Assembly (NCBI GenBank): GCA_032718475.1
Contig: JAUCBJ010007134.1
Location: 1 to 64,000 of the forward strand
DNA from: Nemertoderma westbladi
Lineage: Eukaryota > Animalia > Xenacoelomorpha
DNA: 64,000 nucleotides
Direction: 5' to 3'
Shown here: one piece after another, positions 62,686 through 64,000 of the stretch
Numbering within the stretch: the stretch's first letter is position 1
Layout: every line of letters starts with the position of its first letter
Notes under the pieces: generated by a model
The model's input: the letters and a program-made list of their open reading frames with translations, nothing else
What the model was told of the DNA's origin: nothing
The model's database searches: none
Position numbers and translations under genes: made by a program

Positions 62686-64000
62686 AGCGTTAGGACAGTA
62701 GCCCCCCGGGACAGTAGCCCCCCAAACAGTAGCCCCCCCCCCCCCCCGGACGAGTATTCACAATAGTAGGAACACTAGTAGGAACACATCTTGAATTGAC
62801 GCTTGGTTGGTCGTTGAAATCATGTAAGGAATGGAGAGAGGGGGTTGAACTAGTGTAAGGAGTTTATACTCAGTAGGTAGGTAGAAAGTGTTCCAAACGC
62901 TGTAAGGAATGGAGAAATTGGGTGAAATCATGTAAGGATTATCTGCCTATTAAACGGTTCATTGTGAGGTGACAGTAAACATATATACGAATAACAATAT
63001 ACAGTACATATATCTGTATATTCAGAGTGGAAACGTTGTATAAGGAATCGTTTTACAGAGCATTCTCCTAGATTTTTCTGATGGAAAAGATTGTAATACT
63101 GTAATAGAGTAGCTTTATTGATAGTATTTACTATTGAAATTTATTCATTTGATGTTCATATTTAAAAGCATTTCACAATTTGTAAACATAAATATTCCAA
63201 TGAAATAAACTCTTAATTTATCAAATGATGTTTAGTATTTGTTCGATTTGCATTTATGTTTATCGACAGGTTTCTGCGGCGTTTTTAGCGCGTTAAGACA
63301 TATCAAGTACCATGAGGTCGGCCATCAGGCATCTGTTTACTTCCTGTTGTAAGAGCTACTCGTTGGCGCGCTAGTGCAGTTGGCTGCACACGAATAGCAA
63401 ATAGACTATTCCTAAGCAAACCTACAGTGTAACACTTGAACTCTGCGTAAAAAGGAATGTATCCCTAGACCCTAGTAGTCAATGTTCCAATTGTTTCAGC
63501 GCTAGAAAACCAGGCGCGCGTAAGCGCACCTGGATGCCAAATAACAATATAATAATATGTTCACAATAAATTATTAAAAAGGCAATTTTTCAAGCGCTCA
63601 ACTGCACATGTACGCTACTGTATAACTAAAAAGTCATTCAGGATGCCAGATTTTTCAGGAATTTACTGTAATAGACATTCAATTTCATTGAATCCAGGGC
63701 AAGAGTTTGTGTTGTATTCTGTGAAAGGAGCTATCAGCTGGGTATAATGTTATTTGCGAGAGAGATCCCAGTCTATAACTTGGCAATCACTCAAATCCAT
63801 TCAGCCGAATGCAACAGTAGAGAATTGATTCTGGGTTACAACTAATAAGCAATCAATGACAAATTCTCGTTGATTTGCACACCGACGTCTAATAATTGGC
63901 TGAAGTGTGTTCGAGAGCAATGGATATTGAGCTCAACATGTTAAGATCTTACATATTCTTAATTATCTCGAGAATTAATTAATTAATTAACGTGTAGCTT

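Noticed and set aside
63270-63352. Possible exon after tttatcgacag (FCGVFSALRH...)
   Set aside because: It matches neither SRPRA nor innexin beyond FCGV, and all frames stop quickly.

Overview
Repeat-rich, AT-rich animal (invertebrate-type) genomic DNA with spliceosomal exons; not prokaryotic. Host genes: one SRP receptor alpha (SRPRA) exon (+), an intronless alpha2-adrenergic-like GPCR (-), one innexin exon (+), and a secreted Cys-rich, probably GPI-anchored Ly6/uPAR-like gene (-) with a likely pseudogene paralog (+). About a third of the window is tandem repeat, with main units of 36/38, 13, 27, 30, 22 and 34/35 bp. Transposons: a near full-length CR1 LINE, RTE fragments, a Penelope-like remnant with a minimal hammerhead ribozyme, a hAT remnant, tRNA-derived SINEs, and an 11.2-kb chimeric LTR element (46701-57900) bounded by a 5-bp AAGTG target-site duplication. 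Best leads: (i) CR1 ORF1 and ORF2 are in frame, separated by one UGA-CUA readthrough-type stop, and ORF2 begins with a ~490-aa mucin-like repeat and has no AUG before the endonuclease; (ii) the LTR element carries a decayed ~800-aa orphan ORF at the env position and an antisense coiled-coil ORF inside a nested LTR; (iii) several genes appear nested in a very large SRPRA intron; (iv) a satellite has arisen from a SINE segment. All calls are by eye, with no database searches.
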